This document shows positions 11,314 through 23,933 of a stretch of DNA of 64,000 nucleotides, in pieces. Source of the stretch: Azolla caroliniana (Eukaryota; Plantae; Polypodiophyta); the NCBI GenBank assembly GCA_043228905.1, contig JBHGNT010000020.1, positions 11,966,001 to 12,030,000 of the forward strand. Reading direction: 5' to 3'. The first letter of the stretch is position 1; each line of letters opens with the position of its first letter. The notes beneath the pieces are model-generated. The model was not told where the DNA came from. It made no database searches and worked only from the letters and a program-made list of their open reading frames with translations. Position numbers and translations under genes: made by a program.

Positions 11314-13145
11314 TCAACACTCCCCCTCAAGTTCAACTTGAGGTTCCGCCTGCTCTGCCGGACCTACGCTCCGGCTTCTCCTAGCTCCACGCCTCGCTCG
11401 CGCTCCTCGGCCTGTTCGACTCCGCGCGCTTCGACCCTTCCGGTCGGCTTGTCTGCTCATGTGGCCCTTATCAGCTCTTCTGCAGTTGCGGTGTTGACGC
11501 TTCTCCTGCTGCCTTTTCTTTTGCTTGGGCCTCGGTTGATTCAGCATATCTGAATCAAACATCCGAACCGACTCGGCTACCTCCGATCGGTTTTCGCTCT
11601 CGTCCGAGTTGGCTGTCTCCAACTTGTCTTCGGTCTTCTCGCCCTCGATGGCGTCATCTTCCCCATGCGTGGTTGGCTTCGGCTCTCTCCTTCGGCTGCT
11701 CCCCTTCTGTCCGCTTCCGGACTTTTCCCGGGGTCCGCCCTCGGCTTCTTCAGCCGATCCGAAGTCGAACTCGACAACTGAGTCAACCGACTTGGTGTCT
11801 CGGTCTCCACTCCTTTCCTGCTGCCTTGCTTGGTCGTTTGGGACTATTCTCCCCCTCAAGTTTGGCACGTCGAGGTGACGCAACCCAAGCGCACCCGAAA
11901 ATTGCCGCAACTTGTCCAAACCAAGAGGCTTGGTGAAGATGTCGGCAGTTTGTCGATCCGTCGGAACGTACTGAAGTTCGACTTCACCGGAAAGGACACG
12001 CTCACGGACAAAATGGTAGTGCACCTCAATGTGCTTGGTCCGTGCGTGGAAAACGGGGTTTTTTGCGAGCTGGATACTGCTGAGGTTGTCGCAGTAGATC
12101 GTCGTCGGATCTGACACCTCCTCTTGCAGGTCCCTAAGTAGCCGCTTCAACCATATGGCTTCGCATGTCGCGACAACCGTTCCTCGGTACTCAGCTTCGG
12201 TGCTCGACAGTGCAACTGTCGGCTGCTTCTTACTGCTCCACGCTATCGCGGCACTCCCAAGAGAGAACACATGTCCGGACGTGGATCGGCGATCGACGAC
12301 ATTGCCGGCCCAGTCGGCATCGGTGTAGCCGACCAACTGCGGGTCTGTATCGGTCGGATATAGCAGTCCCTGGTCCTTAGTGCCGCTGACATATCGTAGT
12401 ATGCGTTGTGCACACTGAAGGTGCTCCTCGGTAGGTCGCGCCATGAACTGACTGATCACCCCGACCGGATAACTGAGATCGGGTCGGGTGATTGTCAAGT
12501 AGATAAGGCTTCCGACAACTTGTCGGAACCTTGTCGGGTCGCAAACCTTGCCGGAATTGGGGTGAAGCTTGACAGTCCTATCCAGAGGAGTCGAGACTAA
12601 CTTACAGTCTGCCATCCCGAATTTGAAGAGCATATTCAGCGTGTAATGACGTTGGCTGATTAGTATGCCTTCGGGGGTGCGAATCCGGGGGGTTGTACCA
12701 TGTACACCTGTTCCTCAAGGTCACCTTGCAGGAACGCATTCTTTACATCCATCTGATGTAAGTGCCACCCCTTGGCCGCGGCTACTGCGAGCAAAACACG
12801 GACGGTCGTCATCTTTGCGACCGGCGCGAACGTCTCATCGTAGTCGATGCCGTGTTTTTGCGCGTAACCTTTTGCCACTAACCGGGCCTTGTATCGATTG
12901 ACCGAGCCGTCGGTGTTGTACTTGACCTTGTACACCCACCTACATCTGATCGGCTTCACACCCTTCGGTGCGTCAACCAGATCCCAGGTCTCGTTTTCCG
13001 CCAATGCGTGCATCTCTTCCTCCATCGCGGCGCGCCAATTCGCGTCCTTCGCCGCTTCTGCGTAGCTCTCCGGCTCACGCACTTCCGTTAGACGGGTCAT
13101 GTACACATAGTGATGTGCCATGTACTCGTTGTATCCGAACCGCAC
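11314..13145 (-). pseudogene. Copia-1 RT-RNase H with an internal deletion of the YVDD region at ~12690
   Basis: [10 protein letters not shown] and [10 protein letters not shown] are followed by an abrupt out-of-frame join to ILISQRHY. RNase H motifs are YTDADWAG, STEAEY and RTKHIEVHYHF. Confidence 0.93.
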
Positions 13146-13567
13146 AACTGGGTTCTTTTGGCGGGTAGATCGGCATAATCGGTCATTAGCCGATGGCGAG
13201 GTCTTCTCGGCCGATGCGGACTTTGTTCCTGAAGGCCCGTCGCCGCTTCCCTCGGAGTCGAACTCGCGTGGTCTGACTCGTTCCTATCCGTGCCGGAATC
13301 CGACACCTTCTTCTTCCCTTTCTCTTTGCGCGTAAGCCGTCTCCTCGGCTTCGTGCGCGGGGAATGCACGGCCAAGTCTCCACTACTCGCCGGCTCTTCA
13401 TCTGACTGATCGTACCGACTCAGTCGTCCAGTCGGTCCAATTAAATGGAGTGAAATCAGACTCTCTTCGCGGGTCTCGATTTCGGGCTCATCCGGAGGCA
13501 TCTCGGCCTCGCTGACCTCATTGTCAGAACTCGGATTGGAGTCGGGGTTCGGAGTCAGGGGTTGGTA

Positions 13568-15766
13568 CTAGGACGCGGACTCGTCAAACACAACGTTGCG
13601 GCTAACACGCGCTTGTTTGGTGCGAGGGTTATAGCACTTATAACCCTTCTGCTCGTCCGAGTAACCGACCAAGATGCATTTCTCGGCCTTTGCATCCAGC
13701 TTCCTCCTTTTCTCCTTCGGTACATGCACATACGCAATGCTGCCAAACACCCTCAAGTGTCGCAAGTTCGGCTTCGGTCCGAAATATAGCTCGTGCGCCG
13801 ACACTTTGTCTCCGATCTGGTTCTGGATGCTCTTCTCCTCCGGCATTGCCTGTGCCGCTTCCACAACTGACCGATTCTTCCTCTCGGCCACGCCGTTCTG
13901 CTCCGGCGTGTATCTACAACTGAATTCGTGCCGAATTCCCATTTGTTGTAGATAACCGTTGAATTGACCAAAAAAGTACTCTTTCTCGCCATCCGGCTGC
14001 AGACACTTGATCTTTCGTCCCGTTTTCGTTTCCATGAACCCTTTGACTTCGCTCTTCCTCTCAATGACGTAGATCCACGTGTGCTGCTTGTGGTCGTTGA
14101 TGATGGAGACGAAATATCGGCTCCCGCCAAGACTAACGTTTTGTGTCGGCCCCCATACATCGGAGTGTATAAGGTCGAGCTTGTTCCGGCTCCGGTTTCG
14201 TTCATTGGGGAAAGGAAGTCGGTGTTGCTTCCCGAGCTGGCAGGCTTCACAAATTTGTGCCTTTCGGTCACTAAATTTGGGCAATCCGAACACCACTTGT
14301 TTCGATTGTAGGTCTTGAAGCCGCTGGTAGTTGACGTGGCCTATCCGTTTGTGCCACAAGTCGATTTCCGACTCGGATTTTTGTCCATTCGCGAACATTG
14401 CGGTGCCGCCGTCAGTGGAATCGAGGATAAACATCCTCCCATCTCTGCGCCCTTGCGCAATCACACGGCCTTCTTCCTCAATGAAGCACCCGAGGTGTGT
14501 AAACCGAACCTCCATCCCTTGGTCGACGATCTGTCCGACCGAGACCAAGTTCTTCGTGATTGTCGGAACGTGCAGAACGTTCATGAGTTTCCCTTTCTGC
14601 CCAACATGGCTAAGGGGATCTTCTCCGACATTCGCGATCGGATGCGGAGTGTCGTCTCCAGTTGCGACTACTCCAGGTTGTATCAGTTTTTCAAGGTACG
14701 AGAACCACTCCTTATGGCTCGTCATGTGGTTTGACGCGCCGGAGTCTACGTACCACACCTCGTCCGATCTCGGGGTGGTCCGTTTCATTGAGTTTGCTTC
14801 GTGTCTCGTCACGAAGGCAGACCCTTCTCCGGCTATCCCGGAGTCTTTGGCGTAGTGCGATCGCTGCCGATTTCCCTTGTCGGTATGTCCGGAGCCGTTT
14901 CTGGAACCGGTTCTCTCCGAATCGGCGCACTTCTTCCAGCACTCACTTTCCCTGTGGCCTTTCTTGCCACAGTACCAGCACTCCGCGATGGCCTTCCCTT
15001 GCCGGTTCTCATTGCTTCGACTCCCCCTGTTTCCGGAGGGTCCGGAGTTGCTGTTGGAATCACTTCGGTGCCTTCTTCCTTGATCTCGTCGGCCGCCTCC
15101 ATTGCACGCTGACTCGCCTCGTCCTCCACGTCCACGGGGCCTATCTCCCTCCGTGTACAACATTCTGCTATCGGTGTGCGTCCTTGTAGACGCACCCGCG
15201 TGGTTCTCCTCTACCAGGATTATTGACTGTAAGTCGAAAAAGGACGGTGTATTCTCCCGGGTACACACAGCCGTTCGGAACGCTCCGAACTTTGACGCCA
15301 AACCTCCGAGACAGATCTGGACCATCTCGCTCTCCTCGATGTTCACCTCTATGGAGGCGAGGGAGTCGCAGATATCCTTGATCTTCGAGGTATAGTCCGC
15401 CACCAACAAGTCGCGTTATCGTAGGTTGCTCAACTCCTGTCGGAGATGAAGCTTCCTGGCTGTGGTGCTCGCGGCGAAAATCTTCTTCAGATTTTCCCAC
15501 GCACCCTTTGGCGTCTTTGCATCCCGAACATAGCTCAATAGTTGTTCGCCCACACACGACGCGAAGCAGTATAATACCTTGCTCGCCGATTGCTGCCACG
15601 ACAGGAAGTCTCTATGTGTCGATTCGGGTGCCGCGTCATTAGCTCCTTCGACATAACTCCAGTAGCCGTGCCCGAGCAGGTACTGGTGCATCTTGTAGGA
15701 CCAAGACGCGTAGTTGGTTCTGTCGAGCTTCTCTGTTGGAAGCGAGCTCTCCATGCCTCTATCCAT
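13568..15766 (-). pseudogene. Copia-1 gag-protease-integrase (stop-interrupted)
   Basis: Zinc knuckle CWYCGKKGHRESEC, protease WYVDSGASNHM, LWHKRIGH...CEACQLGK, integrase LIHSDVWGP and PEQNGVAERKN. Confidence 0.93.
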
Positions 15767-17487
15767 CGTTCTTCTTGTTCTTCTTTGTCAAGCTGTGTCG
15801 GCTGCAGAGAGGTTTTCAACCCTCGCGCTCTGATACCATGTAAAAAGTAACGTGCGGAAGCAAGTATGAAGACCGAACAGAAGGAAGAAAACTCAGGTTT
15901 AATGGAGAGCTTGAGCTTACGCAGTATACGCGGGAGAGACAGAGAGAGTGTAACACAAGAAGTTAAATTCAAAAATAATCTTCAATCTGTACATAGGATG
16001 TGCTCAGTGAGCATTTTTATACAAGCCTTGATAGTGGGCTGACACAAGTACTGACAGTACTTGACTGCTCATAAATGAGCCTCGACACTTACTCCCAAAA
16101 CTATTCCTTACGAGGAATATCTTTCTAACGGCCTTTCGGTCTAGGCACCGATACGACCTTTCTACGCACCGGTCTGCGTACCGGTTTTATGCACCCAGTC
16201 TACGCACTGGTTACGCATTGTATTACGCACAAATGTTGAGCTTGTCTCTCAACAGTAACGATCCAACATTAGACTTAGGTAGTGGAAAATCTGCATTGAA
16301 AAACCATCTAAGACTATCATTCCATTGACCACCTACTGATGGCTTGACCTTATGTAAATGTTGAATCCATAGCTTTTTCCATAACTCCTCTCCTGGAAAT
16401 AAACTCCTAACAACATGTTTAGAAAGTAAGGTTTTACTTTGTATAAAAGGATCAATCAAACCTAGACCTCCTTTCTACTTAGATTGTATAAGAACTGACC
16501 AAGCTACCTTTGCTACTGAATTGTCTGAAATGGTGTTCCCCCAAATAAAATTTTGTACTAGGCGTTCAACTTTAAGCATTATTGTCCTCGAAAACAGCCA
16601 TGTAGATGCAATATACCAAATCGAGGACAAAAGCACCGAATTAGCTACAACTATACATCCTGCTAAGGAAAGCTTTTCCTTATTCCAGTATATTAGCTTA
16701 TTCCTTAATCTTAACAACAAGGGTGCAACCATATCCTCTGCCTTTAATCCCAAACCCACTCTACAGCCTAAATACCTAATGGACTGACCTCGAGGTATTC
16801 AGGTGAATCTTGAAGAAGGCACATTAACTGGCGGATCTCCCGAATGAACCCAAAACTCTGATGACTTATCCCAATTTATCAATGCACTCGATGCATCTGA
16901 GAAATTGTCCACAACCTTTTGCACCTGTGGCAAATTTAATTGTGAGGCTTGAACATATAAAGTTGTATCATCAACAAACTCGCTATCCACAACAGCATAT
17001 GACACTGGTAGTGCTAACCCTTTAATATTTACATATTGAGAATTTAGATGTACAGAAAATGCCTCAAATACTAGTAAAAACAGGGAAGGAGCAAGTGGAC
17101 ATCCCTGTCGTATTGATCTTGAAATTGAAAATCTCTTACCAATATCCCCTGTAATGGATATTGTAAAGAATCGATGGTGATTCTTGTGTAGCGGAAGAGA
17201 TGTGTGTTAGGTGTATGTGTGAGAGGAATTAGAGGAGAGATGAGAGAACACAAGATAGATAGAAAAAGGAATACTCAAGAAGAAGGTGTATATTTCACAA
17301 GTAGAATAAGAATTACAAATTGTAGCATAATAAGCAGTCACAACCGACTAAGTATGAAGTATGAGGAGGGTGCTTTATATAGAGTCACCCTCTCTCTTCA
17401 TTAACTTTACAACAACAACTCTCTCTCTTGGGAAATGTGAAGACACATAGTCATGGGGAATATGTAATTCATTAGTTATGTGTCATA

Positions 17488-18240
17488 TGACAGGAACTAA
17501 ATGCTCCGGATGAACAACGCTCGGCCACAACCGAGCTTAGAATCAAACACAGAAAAGGGGAATGAATACACGACACAAAGGTGAGAGAAAAGTACACAGG
17601 ATGTTTAACGTGGAAAACCCTGAGAGGGAAAAACCACGGGAGTCCACCGACTCTAAACTATCACTATATCACAATGATTACAACAATGAGCTCACGGAGA
17701 CAACGACCTCGTGCTCACGATCTTCGCCACAGGCGGCGGTTACAACAGAGGCAACAACCTCTTCCTCTCTCTCACTCTCTCTGTACATTGTTACGCGCTC
17801 TCTAGTCTTGCACCAATAAGAATGACAACTACACACACGTACTAAGTTTGCCCTAAGTCATATTTATACTAATATGACTTTTCGGCTATTTACAAATATA
17901 CCCTCGATGGACTCTCAGAAACATATTTACGAAATTCGGTGAGCACTTCTCACCGGGCCTTCACCATCCGGCTCTTGCCGGGTACTACTCATCCGGTTCT
18001 CACCGGGTCTTCCGTAGTCGGGTACTCTTCATCCAGTTCTCACTGGGTCTTCCGTAGTCGGGCACTCTTCATCCGGTTCTCACCGGGTCTTCACCATCCG
18101 TCTCTTGCCGGGTACTACTCATCCGGTTCTCACCGGGTCTTCCATTGCCGGGTACTCCACATCCGGTTTCGGCCGAGGCCGAGTTTGCTCATCAGTACTG
18201 TTCTTCTCACTTCCCATCCGGAGGGACCTGTTTCCTAACA
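17488..18240. mobile_element. Solo LTR inserted in the Copia-2 3' LTR
   Basis: Ends TGACAGGAA...TTCCTAACA, TSD TCATA/TCATT, absent from the sister LTR. Internal ~40-bp tandem repeats at ~17945-18170. Confidence 0.88.
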
Positions 18241-20193
18241 TCATTGAATATGATTCTATGACACATAGTTAATGTGTAGAGAGTAGTGGTGCGACTCTTG
18301 ACCTTTGAGTAATCATAGATTCTCAAAAGGTGTGTTCACACGTTGTGCTATGTTGAGCTTGATTCTCAACACGCCCCCTCAAGCTCAACTCGGGTTGGTT
18401 CCTTTCGATTGATGTCTGCTTTGGTTGGTATTCGGTTCGGACGATCTCCGGTGTCCGCTTCAGCTCATACCCGATTCGGACGGTATCCGGTTCTCGCTTG
18501 TACTCCCCCTCAAGCTTGGCAAGTCAAGGATCGTCAATCCAAGGTCTGACATGAATTGTTGAAGCTTGTCGGCTCTTAAGGCTTTGGTGAAGATGTCGTC
18601 CGTCTGAGGATTCGTGTTGATGTGTTGAAGGTCGACATCTCCGTCCTGTACGCGCTCTCGAATGAAGTGATAGTGCACTTCAATGTGCTTTGTGTGCACG
18701 TGGAACACCGGGTTACGAGCCAGATATATACTGCTCATATTGTCGCAGTAAATGGGAGTCAGATCCTTGATGGGGACGCCCAGATCCTTCAAAATCCTCT
18801 TGAGCCATACGGCTTCACATGCAGCTACGACTGTGCCCCTGTATTCAGCCAACGTACTCGAAAGTGCGACGGTATGCTACTTCTTACTACTCCAAGATAT
18901 TCATCCACTACCGAGCAAGAAGACAAATCCGGAGGTCGATCGTCGATCAACTTTGTAGCCTACCCAATCCACGTCTGTGTACCCTTTGAGTCGTATTGGT
19001 GTGGCCGATGTGTAGAGAACACAGTAATCCATTGTGCCGCTCATGTATCGTAATACTCGCTTAGCGCAATCCAAGTGAATGTCGCATGGTTTTTGCATGA
19101 ATTGGTTGAGGAGTCCGATTGGATAGCTAAGGTCGGGTCGAGTGATCGTGAGATAGATGAGACTCCCGATTAGTTGACGATATTGGGTCGGTTTGCACTC
19201 GTCTGTGCCAGAGTCAGCATCTAGTTTGAGGTTTCGATTGAGAGGCGTAGCGACCGATTTGCACTCAGTCATCTGGAACTTGTATAACAAGTTGAGAATG
19301 TAGTGTCGTTGAGAGATCATAATGCCGACCGGAATCCGAATTACTTCGATGCCAAGGAAGTAATGGAGCTCCTTCATGTCTGTCATCTTGAATTTTCCGG
19401 AGAGGAGGGACTTGACCTTGTTGATGTCGACTAAACTTTCACCTCCAATTACCAGATCATCCACGTATAGGATGATGAGAATTAGGCTTCTAGAGTCATG
19501 TCGTACGTCGAGGGAGTTGTCGGATTTCAACATTCGAAAGCCGATTTGATGAAGATAGTGCGTAATCTTCGAATGCCAAGCACACGGTGCTTGCTTAAGG
19601 CCGTAGAGTGCCTTCTTGAGTCGGCACATGACTTTCAGATGAATGCGCGATTCGAAGTTGGGAGGTTGTACCATGTACACCTCCTCTTCTAATTCGCCTT
19701 GGAGGAAAGCGTTCTTGATGTCCATCTGGTGAAGGTGCCACCCTTTCGCCGCTGCGAGTGCAATTACGGTTCGCACCGTCGTCATCTTTGCCACCGGGGC
19801 AAAGGTTTCTTCATAGTCGACTCCATGTGTTTGTGCATATCCTTTTGCTACGAGTTGAGCTTTGTAACGGTTTATAGAGCCGTTGACATTATACTTCACC
19901 TTGTAGATCCATCTGCAACCAATTGCCTTCTTGTGTGGTGAGTGGGGAACGAGATCCCATGTCTCGTTCTTGGAGAGTGCTTACATCTCCTCATTCATCG
20001 CTTCAACCCATCTGGGGTCCGTCGCGGCTTCGGAAAATGTTTCTGGTTCCCGTACTGTCACTACCTTCATCATAAAAGCGTAATGGTACACCATATAATC
20101 GTTGTAGCCGAATCGGCTTACGGGGTTCTTTTCACGGGTGGCTCGGCGGACCTTCTCGTTTGCGGATACTACAACTTTCTCCGCTCCATTTGT

Positions 20194-20904
20194 TGTTGGG
20201 AGACAGGTCCCTTCGGATGGGAAGGGAGAAGAACAGTGCTGACGAACAAACTCGGCCGAGGCCGAAACGGTATGAGGAGTACCCGGCTACGGAGAGCCGG
20301 ATGATACAGGCCCGGTGTGAACCGGATGAGTAGTACCCGGCTACGGAGAGCCGGATGATACAGGCCCGGTGTGAACCGGATGAGGAGTACCCGGCTACGG
20401 AGAGCCGGATGGTGCAGAACCGGTGAGAACCGGAGGAAGAGACATATTCGTAAATATGTTTATGAGAGCCCATCGAGGCTATATTTGTAAATAGCCGAAA
20501 AGTCATATTAGTATAAATATGACTTAGGGCAAACTTTAGGGGGTTGTTGTTATTTTTCTTGTTGGTGCAAGAAGAAGAGACAGTACGTAACGTTGTACAG
20601 AGAGAGAGAGAGAGAGAACGAGGTCGTTGCCTCTGTTGTAACCGTCGCCTGTGGCGAAGATCGTGAGCACGAGGTCGTTGCCTCCGTGTACTCACTGTTT
20701 TGTACATTCTTACATAGTGACAGTTTGCAGCCTGTGGACTGCCGTGGTTTTTCCCCTAGTTTGGGGTTTTCCACGTAAACCTCCTGTGTAGTGTGTGTAT
20801 ATCTTCCTCTCCTTTGTGTCGTGTTTTACTTCCCGTTTTCTGTGTATCATTCTACGCTCGGTTGTGGCCGAGCGTCGTGCATAAGGAACGTTAGGTTCCT
20901 GTCA
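20194..20904. mobile_element. Solo LTR of the same family, opposite orientation, in the Copia-2 IN-RT linker
   Basis: Ends TGTTGGGAGACAGG...GGTTCCTGTCA, with reverse-complement similarity to 17488-18240. Perfect TSD TTTGT (20189-20193, 20905-20909). Confidence 0.9.
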
Positions 20905-23900
20905 TTTGTCTGGATCTCAAGGCCTTCGAACTCACTATCGAGGGAGTGAGTCGATTCGTTGCCGTCGAAGTGATCATCTTCATACTCCGGCATTTTCGAC
21001 TTCCCTTTGTCCATCTTCGGCCTCGGCCGAGATGTGCTTTGATCGCTCAGGGGTTCTTGTGGCCCACTATGCCTTGTCGTAATTGGGTTTTCTTCAAACA
21101 TGCGCGTGAGTCGATCTTCGGCTTCTCTCTCTATTTCGGCAGAATCCGGGTCGAGCGGAATCGAAGTCGAAGTTGTCTCTAGTGCGTACCATTATGCGGA
21201 CTCGTCGAAAACGACGTCTCAACTTACTCGAGATTTTCAAGTTGAGGGGTTGTAGCACTTTTACCCCTTTTGCTCCAGTGAGTATCGTACAAGGATACAT
21301 TTCTCCGACTTCAGTTCGAGCTTTTGACGCTTCTCGTCAGGGATGGGCACGTATGCAATGGAGCCGAATATCCGAACATGCGATAGGTCTGGCTTCTTTC
21401 CGAAGAACTTCTCGTGCGGAGTAAGTTCGTGCACACTTGATGTCGTACACTGATTCATGAGATAAATGGCCGTGTTAGCTGCTTCTGCCCAATACGATTT
21501 TGGCATGTGCTTTTCGTTAAGCATAACTCGTGCCACTTTGAGGATTTGCCGATTCTTGTGTTCGGCCAATCCGTTTTGTTGTGGTGTATGTCGACACGAA
21601 AACTCTTGTCGTATTCCTTATTTCCGTAGAAACGCCGAAAATTCGTCGGAGAAGTACTCCTTGCATCCATCCGACCGAAGACATCGTACATGTCGGCCCA
21701 TGGCTTTCTCGACTTCATTCTTAAATTTTTGGAAGTGTTCGAACACTTTGCTCTTTTGTTGCATGGGGTAGATCTAGGTGTGCATGGAGAAGTCGTCAAT
21801 GAAGGCCACGTAGTATCGGCATCCGTTGAATGTAGCCGTTTGAGCCGAACCCCATACATTGGAATGAATTACGTCGAGTACGCCTTTGCTCACGTTCTGC
21901 TCCTTCGGAAATGGGTGTCAATGTTGCTTGCCGAATTGGCAAGCAGCACACACGCCTTCAATCTCTTTCTCCGTGAATGTCGGGACCCCGATGAAGACTC
22001 CTTTCGATTGCATTGCCTTGAGCTTTTGGAGGTTGATATGGCCAATCCGCTTGTGCCATAACTCTATGTCGGAATCAACTTTCATGCCCTTTGTGAACAT
22101 GGCCGATTTCATCTTGTGTGAGTCGAGAATGAACATTTGGCCCTCTCTTTGTCCGCGAGCGATGAGTCGGCCCTCTTTTTCGATGAAGCAACCACCTTGA
22201 TTAAATCGTACTTGCATTCTTTGCTCTACAATTTGGCCGACGGAGACCAAATTCTTCGTGATAGTTCGTATATGCAAGACATTTTTAATATAAGTTTGCT
22301 TACCTTCTTCTTCGAACGGAACATTGCCGATGTGTCGAATCGGGTGCGTAGTGTCATCTCCGGTTTTGACATAGCCGGTTGGTTCGGCTCTCGAAGTTCT
22401 CGGAACCATTCTTGATGCGACGTCATATGGTTCGAGGCACCAGAATCAACGAACCATACGTCTTCCGAACCGGAGGCACTAGTAGAAGTAGAGGCCGACA
22501 TAGAATTCACTCTATGTCTTATCACAAACATTCTGCCGCAATCGTCATAGTCGGAGTTGATGGCGTAGTTGGTGAGTTGTCGGCTAGTGGAGGCCGACTC
22601 GCGTATCTTCTTACAACATTCTTCTTCATGGTGACCAATTTTTCTGCAATATCCACATTCGACCGAGCTTTGTCGGTTTGGACCAGAATGGAAGCTCCCC
22701 CTTCTTCCGAAGGTTCCTCAATGGTTTCCGTCTTGATGCCGAAATTGCGAGTTGTTTTCGTAAGTCGGGCCTCGTCCGCCTCGTCCTTGACCGAATCGGC
22801 CTCTTCTTGCACGGTTGCGTCCTCTTCCTCCGTCCGAATGCGTGTAGAGCATGTGGCCTTCCGAGGCGTTATTCCTCGTTCGAACATCGTTTTCTTCGAT
22901 CAACAACATAGATTGACGCTTATCGAGCTGAGTGCATCACAAAGCTCCTTGATCTTCAAGGTGTAGCTTGTAATGGACATATCCCGTTGTTGGATGTTGT
23001 TCAACTCTTGGCGAAGTTGAAGCTTTCTCGTGGTCGTGTTGGCGGAGAAAATCTTTCGTAGATTCTCCCACGCTTCCTTCAGCGTCTCGGCTTCTCGAAT
23101 GTACCCGAGCATGTGGTCATGAACACATGTCACCAAGCAATACATCACTCAGCTTGCCGCTTGCTCCCACGTTGCATAGTTGGCGTCTTCCGGGTCGGGT
23201 TGGTTCTCTTGTGCTCCCTTGATGTAACCCCAATAACCTTGGCCGACAAGGTATTGGTGTATCTTGTACTCCCAATATGCGAAGTTGTTTCGGTAAACTT
23301 CTCGCTAGGGAGAGCGCAACACTCCCCATTTGAGTATTCATTGTCAATAAAAGCTTCCTTTCTTCTTGTCCTTCTCTCTCGAACACGAGCTATGTACTGG
23401 TACTATGATAAGGATGAGCCGGTTCTTCTTGAACATTGGCGTAGAGCACAACACACGGTCACGATGAGGCGAGTTGACCAGATTGAGCTACCAAATCATT
23501 CTGATACCATGTAAAGAATCGATGGTGATTCTTGTGTAGCGGAAGAGATGTGTGTTATGTGTATGTTTGAGAGGAATTAGAGGAGAGATAAGAGAACACA
23601 AGATAGATAGAAAAAGGAACACTCAAGAAAAAGGTGTATATTTCACAAGTAGAATAAGAATTACAAATTGTAGCATAATAAGGAGTCACAACCGACTAAG
23701 TATGAAGTATGAGGAGGGTGCTTTATATAGAGTCACCCTCTCTCTTCATTAACTTTACAACAACCCCTCTCTCTCTTGGGGAATGTGAAGACTCATAGTC
23801 ATGGGGAATATGTAATTCATTAGTTCTGTGTCATAGAATAGGATTCTATGACACAGAGTTAATGTGTAGAGAGTAGTGGTGTTTCTCTTGACCTTTGAGT

Positions 23901-23933
23901 AATCATAGATTCTCAAAAGGTGTGTTCACACGT

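Larger units (their letters stand above)
10904..16254 (-). mobile_element. Ty1/copia LTR retrotransposon (Copia-1), RT core deleted
   Basis: 416-bp TG..CA LTRs at 10904-11319 and 15839-16254 (about 9 mismatches by eye), TSD GTAAC (10899-10903, 16255-16259). PBS TGGTATCAGAGC (tRNA-iMet) at 15827-15838 and PPT at 11320-11330. Domain order is gag-PR-IN-RT-RH. Confidence 0.97.
8652..17154 (-). mobile_element. 5'-truncated L1-type LINE (interrupted by Copia-1), with A7 tail and 15-bp TSD
   Basis: RT remnants are RSIRQGCPLAPSLF (~17075-17120), SEFVDDTTLYV (16799..17005) and KLSLAGCIVVANSVLLSSIWY (16475..16759); C-terminal remnants lie at ~10100-10900. The tail is T7 on the + strand at 8652-8658. 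The TSD TGGATATATATACCC is at 8637-8651 and, split by Copia-2, at 17155-17161 + 37968-37975. Confidence 0.85.
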
